Assembly: GCA_951406725.2 (NCBI GenBank)
Contig: OX597832.1
Coordinates: 1,240,001-1,304,000, forward strand
From: Octopus vulgaris
Lineage: Eukaryota
Direction: 5' to 3'
Length of the DNA: 64,000 nucleotides
Part shown: piece after piece, positions 22,901 to 35,328 of the stretch
Position numbering within the stretch: the stretch's first letter is position 1
How the letters are laid out: the number at the start of each line of letters is the position of its first letter
Translations under genes and position numbers: made by a program
Notes under the pieces: generated by a model
Databases searched by the model: none
Seen by the model: only the letters and a program-made list of their open reading frames with translations
Told to the model about the DNA's origin: nothing

Positions 22901-24664
22901 TTTATTTTTGTTGCTGTATCCAGGTGATCTTTTATTTTGAGTATGTGTATTTCTTTGTGTAACTAATCTGAGGCACTAGTCTCTATATAGTATATGATTG
23001 TGAGAAGTTTGCTATTTCTTATGAGGATTTTACTCTGGTAATAAATCTCTAGAGTTCAATGTTACTTTTAAACACTATTCTGATGTAATATCATTTGCAC
23101 ATTGTTTGTGCTGCATGAGTCAGGCTCTTGGTGAAGAAGACATATGCTTCAAATGGCACTGTACTCTTTACTGGAAAAGGCATTGAAGAATTCATGACTG
23201 GTTTAACAGCAAAGAAGTTAACTAGAACAAATAATTGGTGTAATGCTGATCTTACTGGTAATTGTTAGAAGAAATAGCACTAAGACTTAACAGTCACTCT
23301 AGCCATGTTATATATATAGATTGAACATGTTACTTGATAAAAAATAACTGAGACTTTTAGTGAAAATTAACTTTTTTTTATAGAAATTGGTACTAAAGCA
23401 AAATAACAATGGATAAAGTATTGGATTATGTGTTAATGGTTCTTATGTTCAAATTCACAGCAGACATTTTATCATATTTCATGGGAGAAACATTAAAATA
23501 ATACAACTGTCTGGAAGTAAAGTGTGAAAATATTTTGTTGAAGTAGTTTAAGTGAATTTACATTTTTTATATGATCTTATCAAAATTGTCTATTTAAAAG
23601 TATATTTATGTAGAATTAATGCAGAAGCAGAACACCATCTGCCAAACAGTATCAGATACATTATAATTAGGACACTCACATATCTAAATGTTCCTCTATT
23701 GACAAAGTCTTATTACATTAATTACTACAATCTTTAAGTAAATAGAAAAAGTTTGTTAAACATCACTGATATATTCATGAAAAGGGTAACAATACCTTTG
23801 AGCAAATGGTAAGCTCCCAATAAACTGATTCATATTTTTTAATAATTGAAAAGCTTATGTTGCTAAGTCCTTTAGGAAATGAATATTGTAGCAAATAGTT
23901 TCCTCTCACTTGAAGATATTGAATCCTGTGTCTTGTAAAACCAGTTCATGCATTGCCATTATTAATAATCCATTGAAACTTTTTACAGTCCATAAAAGAT
24001 GTATTTTATGTAACACACAAGTTTTACTGCTGATTCTGTAGGTTAATTCAACATTGAAGGGATGAAACTCAACTGTTTACACTATCTCTCCCATACTCAC
24101 AAAGTCAGTTTTGCAAAGGGAAGAAGTATAGTCAGTTTAGTTCATTCCATTATTTTACTGGTACATTAATTTTAAAGCATACCAATTAGTAGACCAATTA
24201 ATACTTTCTAAAAATGGGCAGGTGACTGAAAATAAAATTATTTACTTCTTTATAAAATGAAATATATATATATTTTTGTTTCAGTTTGTTGTTGGTGGTG
24301 TTTATTGCTATGCCATCTCTGGCTAAGCAGCCCCATGGTCAATGACATTCTAGCTATGACCAATTCATATTTTTAAGGATATGTGAGACCACATTGTTTT
24401 ATATATTTTTTATTTAAAGCATTAAGCTGTAATTTGAGGTAGATTTGGTTGCTATTTCAACTAGATTGAGTGAACGCATAAAGCAGAGATGGAGAATATT
24501 TTTAGTATCAGGTGAGAATTTCAAGTTTCTAGGAACCTATCATATCATCTATAATGAGAAAAATAATGAATCTTAATTTCATAAATCCATATGTATACAC
24601 ATAATCACACTGAGGAATTTAAGCTAAAAAGTTACATTAATTAATCAAATATTTTGAATACTTA

Positions 24665-24895
24665 TTTCTTTATTACTCACAGGGAGCTAAACATAGAGGG
24701 GACAAACAAGGACAGACAAAGGATTAAGTCGATTACATCAACCCCAGTGCGTAACTGGTATTTATTGAATCGACCCTGAAAGGATGAAGGGCAAAGTTGA
24801 CCTCGGTGGAATTTGAACTCAGAACATAACAGCAGTTGAAATACCGCTAAGTATTTTGCCCAGCATGCTAACGTTTCTGCCTGCTCACTGCCTTT
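24665..24895 (-). mobile_element. tRNA-derived SINE (same family as the first unit at 17678)
   Basis: Reverse-complement homolog; flanking direct repeat aaat(a/g)ttttgaatactta (about 24647-24664, 24896-24913). Confidence 0.88.
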
Positions 24896-26719
24896 AAATG
24901 TTTTGAATACTTAAGTACAAAGATGTCACAGAATAAAATTTTGCAAGAATAGTTATCTCTAAGTGTAGGATGCATGGTATTCTTGACTAAATCTAATGTT
25001 GAGAAAAATTGTTTACATTCAGAAACTGTATAAAACAGTGATGTGTCAATGTGGGATTCCTAAAAAGTGGATACTTTTCCAGATGTACATTGGATATATA
25101 AAATTCCAAAATAGAAAATAAACTATCAAATTTAGATATAAAAGTATGATAAGTTTGCAAATGAATTAACACAAGTAGCAAGAAATCTGCCCTGGGATAT
25201 CGAAAGTTATTTTACATATTTATAGTTTTGTAGATCTTGAAAGCTCTTTTGAAATCAATCCAAAAAATTGGAATGCTGTAACATTGTTGATTCTAATTTC
25301 CTTTTCCTCAAAATGTGCTTTTTCAGTTGAGTTATAAACAATTGCAGCATTGTTTCAGAGTTCCTAATATTAGCAGTGGATGGATAATAAACTGATTTGG
25401 CTTTACTTATTTCATTCAAAACAATGTCTTTCATAAATCACAATTTCATTTTGCATCATAACAGCTGTGTACAATGTATTCCATAAAAGGAATGCTTTAA
25501 TATTCATAAATAGTTTCACTTGATCTTTCAGTTATAAGATTGCTTAAGCATGCACTGATTTCTTAGCTAGCAAACCTCACAACAGTACAATAAATTCCTG
25601 TATTTTAATTCTATGTTGTTGAATCTTTTATTTGTGAGGAAGTTAATAACACTTTTTTGTAACCACTTTCATCATATTGTTCTCTCTTAGAGAATATATA
25701 AATTTTGTGGGCGAATAAGGTACTAGACTCTAGTATATTTTCCTATTCCTTTTTGATTAAAGAGCAAGTCCATTCTAAGTTATGTAGAGTGCACCTTACA
25801 TATGGTGCATCATTTGTAACCATAAAGCTAAGGTTTTGATAGATTAACTTGAAATAGTCCTATGCATCAGTTTTAAAGCTAATTAATCATTTTGTATCAT
25901 AAAACTCCTGGTTTTAAATATTGTCAACTGTGCTATACATACTGTATCAGTTGTCATTATCTACAGCTATCAAGTATAACATGTTCTGATGCTACACATT
26001 TCAAAGATAGCTGGATATCATTAACAGTGTCTTATATAAAGTCATAAACTGTCCCTGTAATAAACTGATATTATCAAATAATCTAACATTTTCTGAAGTT
26101 AAAATTCAAATCACAGTAACTACACACTTTTTAACAATAGCCATTAATGTTATAATTTTAATTCACATTACTGGTGTAGTTTTCAGTTGATTAAAAATTC
26201 TTTTTGGCTCACAACTGACTCACACTTAACTATATGTCTTTCATGCAGGAGATATTCCTGGGGAGTTTCTCAATAGCTTTATTTTAAAAGAATCCTTGCA
26301 TTTAATTTAAGTTCTGGCAGGTATTAGAGGAAGACTAATAATGCCCGAAACATATTTAGGGATGTGCCAAACTCAGATTATTTCCTCTGAGAGAAATTTG
26401 GCACGGTGGAACAAGATTACTTTTAGGCCCTGGGAGTGGGTAATTCTTGATAGAACAAGGGAGCTGTGAAGCTTATTTTATTTTTAAGGAGAGAGCTCAG
26501 CAGATAGATATGGACTCCTCCATGACTTACTGGGGAACCTCATCTTTTACAGGTGTTGCTCCTCACTGCATATCTCAATATGCTTTCTCAAATCTAAATT
26601 TAGAAATCCTCTTTCTTATTTCCTTACAAAAATTGTCATTAATATGGATTATTTTTCTTCCTATTACTGAATGATTTCAGTTGATTTTAAATTCATCTTT
26701 GCTCACTACATGCAATATG

Positions 26720-26867
26720 TTATTTACAATTATTTACATTTGACAGATATTTGTCCTCATCTTATTTGTTGTTAACACAATGTTTTGGCTGATATACCCT
26801 CCAGCTTTCATCAGGTGTCTCAGGGAAATTTCGAACCTGGGTTCTCATTCCTAAGGTATTTTTTCAA

Positions 26868-26926
<59 letters not shown>

Positions 26927-27610
26927 TCACTGTGAAGGTGTATGGCTCAGTGGCTAGAGCTTATGATCATGAGGTTGTGAGTTCGATTCCCAGACCGGGC
27001 TGCAAATTGTGTTCTTCAGCAAGACACTTTATTTCACATTACGCCAGTTCACTCAGCTGTAGAAATGAATTGTGATGTCATTGGTACCAAGCTGTATCGG
27101 CCTTTGCCTTTCCCTTGGATAATATCGGTGGTGTGGAGAGGGGGACTGGTATGCATGGGCAACTGCAGGTCTTCCATAAACAACCTTGCCCGGACTTGTG
27201 CCTCGGAGCGTACCATTTTAGGTGCAATCCAATGGTCATTCCTGACCAAAGGGTGTCTCTGATTCACGTCACTGCCTGAAATCAAACTTGGAATCTTGAG
27301 GTTAGTAGCCCACGCTCTTAACCACTACACCATATGCCCATGGGCGTAGTGGTTAAGTGCACAGACTGCTAACCCCAAGATTCCGAGTTCGATTCCAGGC
27401 AGTGACCTGAATAATAATAATAATAATAATATCGAAAAATACCTTAGGAATGAGAACCCAAGTTCGAAATTTCTCCAAGACTCCTGATGAAGGCTGGAGG
27501 GTATATCTGCCAAAACATTGTGTTAACAACAAACAAGATAAGGACAAATAACTGTCAAATACAAATAATGTAAATGATGTACATAATTCCTCATCTCTTA
27601 AATATAGAAC
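26720..27610. mobile_element. Head-to-head pair of PLE terminal repeats (tRNA-like head, (TAA)n, hammerhead), left copy interrupted by a SINE
   Basis: 26720-26932 plus 27265-27335 on minus and 27340-27610 on plus match 9230-9490. Confidence 0.85.
26933..27262 (+). mobile_element. tRNA-derived SINE with a conserved central domain
   Basis: A-box tggctcagtgg, B-box gagttcgattcc; TSD ttca(g/c)gtcactg (26921-26932, 27263-27274). Confidence 0.85.
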
Positions 27611-28608
27611 TCCATAATTAACAAGTTCTTTATGCAGAAGGCATCCTGGGGAAAATTCATTTGTCAGTCTTTTGTTTGTACAAGCCATTCCAGATGTGGT
27701 TACTTTTATGCACTTCACAATACTGCTTTAAAATCTTTAGTAAAAGTAGGCAGACAAGCCATAAACATCACACGTATTCAAAATCATTTAATTATACTTA
27801 TAGAACTGACACCCAACATAGACAAAATTTAATTGACATTGACAATTCAACACCAATAACAATATGTAGAAGATAGAATAATGGTTGCAAGTAGGAGGAT
27901 TTTATTTGAGGAAGGAAACTAATGCTTATTAGCAGTAAGAAAGGCATGGCTGTTATTTCTTAATTCCTATCTATTCCAACATGCTTAATGTAAAAAAACA
28001 AACATTCCAATTTGAGGCAATTTGTTTATGCATTATAAAGTGTCAAACACAACTTATCTTGAATTACTGTTTTGATCTTATTCTTAACTATTCTTTCTGG
28101 GGAACTTCACAAATGGGTGGTTTCAAATTAGGATGTATCAACTCTTTAGAATTATGAAAATTTAATATTTCCCTTAAAATACTGTTGAATGATATTTTTA
28201 ATCCTTTTCAGTAATAGTCCCCTTAAATTTATCTGTAGTATTTTGTATTGAGTTCAATTATTTAGTTTATTTTATATCGCAATTTGATAACAATATTGTT
28301 ACTTGTTTTGTTCTCACAAAGGACTTCACTCCAAGAGCACCAGTTTTTTTTACTGTTTGCTGAACTATAGGTTAATGCATATATGTTCCTTTAGTACCCA
28401 TAATTGTTATGTTTTGAAATATGTACTTTGTTCTTCATAAATATATTTAGTTGCTGCTATATTTATTGCTTATAGTTTAGATTTTGAGAGAAATAGAATC
28501 TTGTTTTATTGGTATTCTTTATTTCAATTTACATCCATCACAAACCATGTTACTCCCTATTTATACTAAAACCATAAAAGATTTATGTTTTAAATCCATT
28601 TGTAGTTA

Positions 28609-28822
28609 TCCTCTCTATATTATAATTCTGAAATGTGAAAAGTTTGTCTGGTTTTGATTGGAACGGGTTAAAGGCCACTAGATCCCGTCGGATTGACTCC
28701 AAAATTTACAGGGACATGTAAAATGAGGTGAAGATGGGAGTGAGGATGGGAGTGGGAAAGGAAGCAACAGAAAGTAACGACCACACTCTTACCCACGCAT
28801 AGAGCGGGTCACCTTAGGCTAG
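28609..28822 (+). mobile_element. Non-autonomous Helitron
   Basis: A|TC 5' end; subterminal hairpin acccacgc-ataga-gcgggt (28791-28809); CTAG|T 3' end; no TSD. Confidence 0.75.
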
Positions 28823-28903
28823 TCTTTAAATAAAACGTAAACTAAAATCCATTCAATATTTCTTCTGATTTGATTTCTTTCACTATTTCCAAGAAAAGTT
28901 AAG

Positions 28904-30776
28904 GGATCTTTTCTGTTTGGTTGCCAGTAGCTGCCAGCATCAATTTTCTGTTTGAATTGATTTCATATTCAGTGTAATGATACACTTTTATGAGCTAATT
29001 AATGACGTGAAAGTAATTTTCGCTATAAATCAATAAATAAAGAGTTATTAGTAATTAAAGTTTGAAAGCTTTGGTACTTTTAGCTAATTGTAAGCCACAG
29101 ACACATTCATGTCTGTTTCAATAGTAACAAGCAGAAACATGGGAACTCTTTTGCCTGTTGCCATAGTAACAGTCTTTGAAAAGTTTGTGAGGAAACATGT
29201 GTTGACAGTAGTCTTTGAAAAGTCTTTTATCTGTGAGGAAGCATGTGTTGATTATTTGTGCGATTATGGCAGCAAGCCCCAGCAACTTTGCTTCTATGAT
29301 GGAAAAATTGTAAACAGAGGAGGATATTGTGTTGTACCTTCAAGAAAAGGGTATTATACCCCAAATAAAATTATGTAAAACATGACATGTTATGTGTACA
29401 AAAAGACGTGGTAGGAACATTTACTGGTGATGCTCATGCCGAGAATGTATGGAGTCTGTGTTGGTGAGGAGAGACACATGGTTTGAAGGTGAGACCCTTC
29501 CTCTTAGGACTGTAGTGCTCTTCCTTTACTCATAGGTTAAGGAATTGACTTCAGTCCAGTTTTGTGTTGAAGAACTGGGGATGAACCATTGAACTGTTTT
29601 TGACAACAACTATGCAAGTACAACTGAGGAAGGGTCCTACCTGAGCAGTGGGTTTTCAGAGGAGTGTGTCATGAGACCAAACAGGTTTTTCTGTATGCAG
29701 TACCATGTCAGAATCGTGACACACTGGAAGAATGCATACATTACTCGATTCTTCCAGGAACCACAATTTTCAATGGTTTGTGGAGGGTGTACTCACATTC
29801 CTGAAATTGATGGCTACAATTTTGGGCACAGAACGGTGAACCACAGCATTGGGTTTGTTAACCTGAAAGATGTTACCCACACTCAACAAGTGGAGAGTAC
29901 ATGGGTCTCTGTGAAGTGAGGTTATAAACAACGCTGTGGCACTCACCATTCTATTATAGATTCATGTCTCTGTGAATTTATGTGGCACAGGACGTATGAA
30001 AATTGTGATTTGTTTGAAAAATTAGTTGAATGCATTTCTAACTTTCGTTTTCAACCTAAAAAATATTTTGTAATGTGTTGCTTATTGCATGCTTAAATGT
30101 TTGTTTTTTAAGCATATTTTGTTCACTCTTAATTTCATATATAACATATAAACATGTACATCTTTTGAAACATTGTCATTTTATAAGATTTTACTGGCAA
30201 ATTTTAAAATTAACATAAACATTTATCTTCTACATGGGAGAAAATTACCAGAGTACTTTCATCCAATTCTTCCAAATCTTTCTGTTAAAAATTGTTTATC
30301 GCATGTAGTGTGTTGTTCATCACATTTGCATTAAATGCATATTGAATGCTTAAATGTTTGTTTTTTAAGCATATTTAAATTGTAAGTAAACATATTTAAA
30401 TCGTCTGTTTAATGTTTGTTTCTTTTTATCATTGAGCATTGAGGTGGTTGTGAAGTGTGCTAAAAATAACAGCTAAATAAGCTTTATTTACATGAAAGAA
30501 AATTACCGGAGACATAACATGTGTTGTTTACAAATATTGACAACACGTGCTATTTTCAGGATGCTAATGACAAAATGTGCAGTCACGCACAAAATGGCAG
30601 CTTCCAAATCCTGTTTCCTGACTGGGTGAAAATGGATCAAACTTTAAACCTCTAAAACTTTTTAAAAACATTTTGCTGGAAATTTAGTTTGGGCAAGTGT
30701 ATTATTGTGCCAAATTTTAAGATTTTTGGTAAACTTTAATTTTTGGAGCCACTGGCAACCAAACCAAAAAAGATCC
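28904..30776 (+). mobile_element. Merlin (IS1595/ISXO2-like) DNA transposon, decayed
   Basis: TIRs GGATCTTTT..GTTTGGTTGCCAGT / ACTGGCAACCAAAC..AAAAGATCC; 8-bp TSD aagttaag; HRTVNHSIGFV...HTQQVESTW...SCLCEFMW. Confidence 0.92.
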
Positions 30777-33700
30777 AAGTTAAGTTCTATATCAAAGGTA
30801 AACTTATTTCAGAGTTGTAGCATTATGTTCCTTATGTCTTTCACATTTTTCACTGCTGTCTTGCATGCACAAACACATACATAAACATATTGGTAGTTAT
30901 TAGCAGTCAATCAGCTTTGTTCAATTCTCTTGGTGCTAAAATGTTATCAGCCTTGGCATTAAATTATTAATCACGTGACCGTTTTTTTGAACCTCAAAGG
31001 AAGTATCTTAAGCTGCTACTGATTAATGATTGCACCAAAAAGCTGAATTGAACAATCACAGCAGCTAACTCACCAACTGCCATTTGGCATCATAGGACAC
31101 GGATTTATTGAAGAGACCTCACAAGACAGATATTGCCTTTCTGCATCTTGCATGAATCACAATGCACACACTGCTAATTATGGTATTTCACATCATGCAT
31201 TAAGCTAACGTGTTTGATGAATGCATTTATGTATTGATGAATTCAATTACACATTATAGATTAACTTTTCACCTCATTCAAAATATGTGCACTTTCACAA
31301 ATAAAGGCATTGTTTTGAAATTATGAACATTGCTTGAACAATGAGCAATTTTTCCTGGCCTTACTAAATCTTAATTTTGGTTACAAATATTCTTCACATC
31401 AACACACAATATACACATTAAAAATATGTCTTTATTTTTCCCTGAATTCTTGCTGACACATTAAAATCCACTTTTTATTCTATCATGAAAATATTTTGTT
31501 TGTCTTACTACTCATGTCCTTTTAAAATTCAATAATTCTCAGTTTTGTAAACTTATATGCAGCAAACAAACTTTCTGTTATTTCACTATTAACTATGTGT
31601 AGCAACTGTAAGACACAAATTAAAATGCTAAAATTATTGGTATATGCACTATTGGTATTGAACTGAAAGGTAAACATTATCCTTCTATTAGTCTTATATT
31701 AAAAACTTGAGTAGCAACGTTATTCTTGGTTAAGTTTTTTGGAGGTTAACTTAACCATATCATCGTTAAATATCATAGTTCCTCAAAAAATTATTTTGCA
31801 ACAAATCCTAAATTTCATCATTTTCTTGCTGTAGTATGCATTGAAATGCCTATACTTTGTCTTAATTGGCATATTCATTGCAATAAAAACAGGATGAGTT
31901 AGTAAAATTTCACAGAGAATATATTTTCAGGGTATCATTAAATTCAGAATATCACCTTACTGCTACAAGTATTAGTAATGAAAGATAAACTGCCACAAGA
32001 TAAGTGTATTTTATTCTCAAACTATAAATTCGTCCTCTGACTTGAAGACATACACACTTCTACAGATTGATGCTATGATTGAAAATTTCCAGCATAAATA
32101 ATTTTCCTCAGAGTCAGATAAAAAGTTCACTGAAGTTAAAGTAGAGTGAAGACTATCAATTTTGCCATGTTCCTTTCAGTGTTACAAATAGCATTTTATG
32201 CTTTCAGAGGATTAGTTACAAAGTTGTATTGAAAAATAGAATTTTCATTCCAATGGTGCTTGCCCCAAAACAACACATTCCTGATTTGACTTTCATACCT
32301 GGTACTGCTCTATTATGTTGATTTGTTTAGAAAACAAAAATTATCTCTATATTGCTGGGACTAGAGAAATTGCAGTGAAGTTTAAGTAGTCTGAACAAAA
32401 CAACTGCAAACATTTATGCAAAAACATGAAGTACAAATCATTGCAAGAGGACAGTGAGTAATACAAATACATAAATGGTGTATAATCAACAAGAAATATG
32501 GAACACCATGTAATATGCACATATGTGTGAAGTGGACTGCAAATGAAAGCTGCCAAAAAATTTGTTAACTTTGGACATGTTTGCTGCAAAGATATTATGT
32601 ATCTGTGAATAAATGATGTTTGCAGGGCAATTTTTTTCATTTTTTAAACTAAAATGAAATGAATTATAAACATAAAAATGTGCACAGAAAAAGTTATTGA
32701 GAGTCTCGTTTGTGAAGTCATGTGTCCAAAATAATTTGGCTGTAATTCATTGTTGTGTTGCTGGCTTCTGCTGGACTATGAAATACAACTGTCTGAACTA
32801 TGTTAGCTGCTTTTTCAGCGCCCTTGATATACTATATACTCACAGTTAACTGTGAAATACAATGAAGGTGTTTGCTGAGTCTTACTGTCTAGTATTCATC
32901 TGTGTTGGATTAGTCTTACTGTCTAGTATTGATCTGTGTTGGCATACATAGTGAAAGGTCTTCCTTCTTAAGAATGGTGCAGATGAGTTATTGACAAAAG
33001 AAAGCTGCTGATTTCTGGCATCTAAGCAGTTAGTGTGAAAGAACATAATTGAATGCATTGGATTAATGATTTGTTGAAGTGCTTCAGCCATGAGAACTGA
33101 GCACACAAAATAATGAAGCAAGTGCCAAAACTTCACCAGTTCAGAGGAAATAGAAGAGATGATAGAAAGAGGATAAGCTTCTGTGTTAAAAGTATTTGAA
33201 GAGGAAATTACATGAGATGTTGCCATTCTTCATCATTTTTTCTTCACATCATGGTGGTAGTTGTGATAGTAGATGTAGCTTGTATAAGTAGTGTGTTGTC
33301 TTGTGGCCCCAACATTTAACAGGTTTCATTATTGCACATAAAGTTTAACTATGTTGGTCTTTCACAAATAGCAACAGCAATAATTACATACTAGGAGAAA
33401 CATACTGCTTGGAGTTTATGGCAAGCTTACTGATACAACAATCTGTGGTAGGCCTAACATAAATGGAATTAATTGTGTTATATTTGTAAAGACTGAGATT
33501 CCTGTTGATTCCATCTGTCTTGACAGTTGCAAGAATGGAAACTCAATGTGCAGTTGCCTCGACATTCTGCATGGCTAGATGTGAGACATGTGAATGAGTT
33601 GACTAGTTTCAATGCTCTGCATGAGCTATCTAATGAGAGTGAAGGTGAATATATCACTCAGCCACCATCCAATACTCTGTAATTATTTACTGCCCCAAAT

Positions 33701-33929
33701 CAGCCTTTCATAAGGTACAAGCAGAAGATTCTAGAAAAGTGTATCATGCAATGGCTTGACACTGATTGGTTGCTTAATAGACTGATCATAGGAAACTATT
33801 GTGGTTTGCTCTTGATGTCTGATGAGCTATCTTGCAGTTTAGTTATGAATCAATGCTGCACATTCTTTTTTTTTTTTTTTTCACAGGGGGATGTTGATTT
33901 CAAAATGTCTTGGAAATAAATAACAAAAT

Positions 33930-34700
33930 GCTTATGGTGATACCACAAAAATGGTCAATTTTATTAAACAAAGACCAGCTTACATTAGAATGTTTAAAAA
34001 ACATTGTGAAAATCTGAACAAAGAACACAAATTTCTTTACTACAAAGAGAAATTTAAATCTAGTCACTGAATAGAAAAGTTCCTAATAAGGTTTTTCAGA
34101 TGAAAGATGAATTGCAGGAATCTTTCAAGAAAACAATAAGCCAGAAGTTGTCAAGCGCTTTGAAAATGAAAATTGTTGAAGACACTTTTCATTGCATGAG
34201 TTGCTTCAACAAGCCAATAGAGAAAGGATACTGACTTCAAGTAACACGAGTCATGGATTTAAAAGAAGAACTTTGGGGTAAATAATGTTGCAAAAGGAAA
34301 TCTGAAATGTTTCAACTACTGCTGGGCCAAGTGAAGAAGAGTGTCAGCAAATTTCTAGTATTATTGAAACCAACCTGAAAGAAGTGTTGATCAAAGTTGA
34401 ACATTTTTTCACTCACTTCCGTCAAAAGTGTATAAATAAATGTGGGATCCATATAATAAATCTTCTGTAAAGTCATTCTTCCTTTGATTTTAAAAGAGGA
34501 GAAAAAACTTTTTGAAGTTCTAGATTTCTGAGGAAGATGTAACCATAGTAAAGCAATAAAAATGCTGCTGAAGCTTTTTAGCTTCTTACACATATGAGTA
34601 AACTTTTTATTATATAACAAGTATCAAGAGTTGGAATTTATTTTAAGCACTCCTAAAGAATAAAAATGAATATTTGCATATTATTCTTAAGATGTCAAAG
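33930..34700 (+). mobile_element. Decayed hAT (Charlie/Buster-like) transposase fragment
   Basis: DTTKMVNFIKQRP, RMFKKHCENLNKEH, KVPNKVFQMKDELQ. Confidence 0.65.
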
Positions 34701-35070
34701 CAAGTTCAGATACAAAGCAGGCATTTACTTACCAAATCATGATAAGAATAAATATGCATATATTCATTCCTGATTTCACTGTTGTCATTTGGTAGATATA
34801 AGCACAAATCAGCAAACAATTCTGTTCACTGAAAGCAAAACAAAGCCAGTAGCTTTGGCTAGTCTCAAAGTTTTGGCTACTTCTGGCTGATGAGACACAA
34901 CATGTAGAAATGCTGGTGTCCTAATATGCTGTGCACCAGTGAGATGAGTGTGTTGAACATAGTTGTCTAAAAGGGAGAAGTTATTCTCCTAAGACATACA
35001 CTGTAGCACTCAACATATTTTGTGTTTGAACCTGCCTAGATGTATTGAGAATAAATATGCAAATATTGAT

Positions 35071-35319
35071 TAACCCAGAAATCGCAATACACAGATATTG
35101 TTTTGTGCTGAGTGGGGATGCTAAACTCCCTTGCTTGAAAATATAAGGACACAGATATTATGTCATATAGCCAGCTGGAGACAATGTTCCTTGGAGCTAA
35201 ATAACAGTAACATTCATCCTAAACCTGGACTGCCATGTTACGTTGGGAAATAATCCTTACTCTAGAGTACTGTTATTGAATGTTTCTCATTGAGAGATTT
35301 ATAAATAGAAATTTTCTAT
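35071..35319 (+). repeat. 249-bp direct repeat, copy A
   Basis: Ungapped match to 40551-40799, about 31 mismatches by manual count. Confidence 0.95.
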
Positions 35320-35328
35320 TTTATTAGA

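Noticed and set aside
27340-27410. tRNA genes at A-box/B-box segments (also 9420-9480, 26935-26995, 43120-43185, 63540-63600)
   Set aside because: No complete cloverleaf or acceptor stem; embedded in SINE or PLE repeats.
32340-33800. Decayed coding-like tract, possibly a DNA transposon
   Set aside because: No motif could be assigned with confidence.
34880-34925. Hammerhead-like ctgatgagacacaacatgtagaaa
   Set aside because: Stem II is imperfect and no convincing stem I or cleavage triplet follows.
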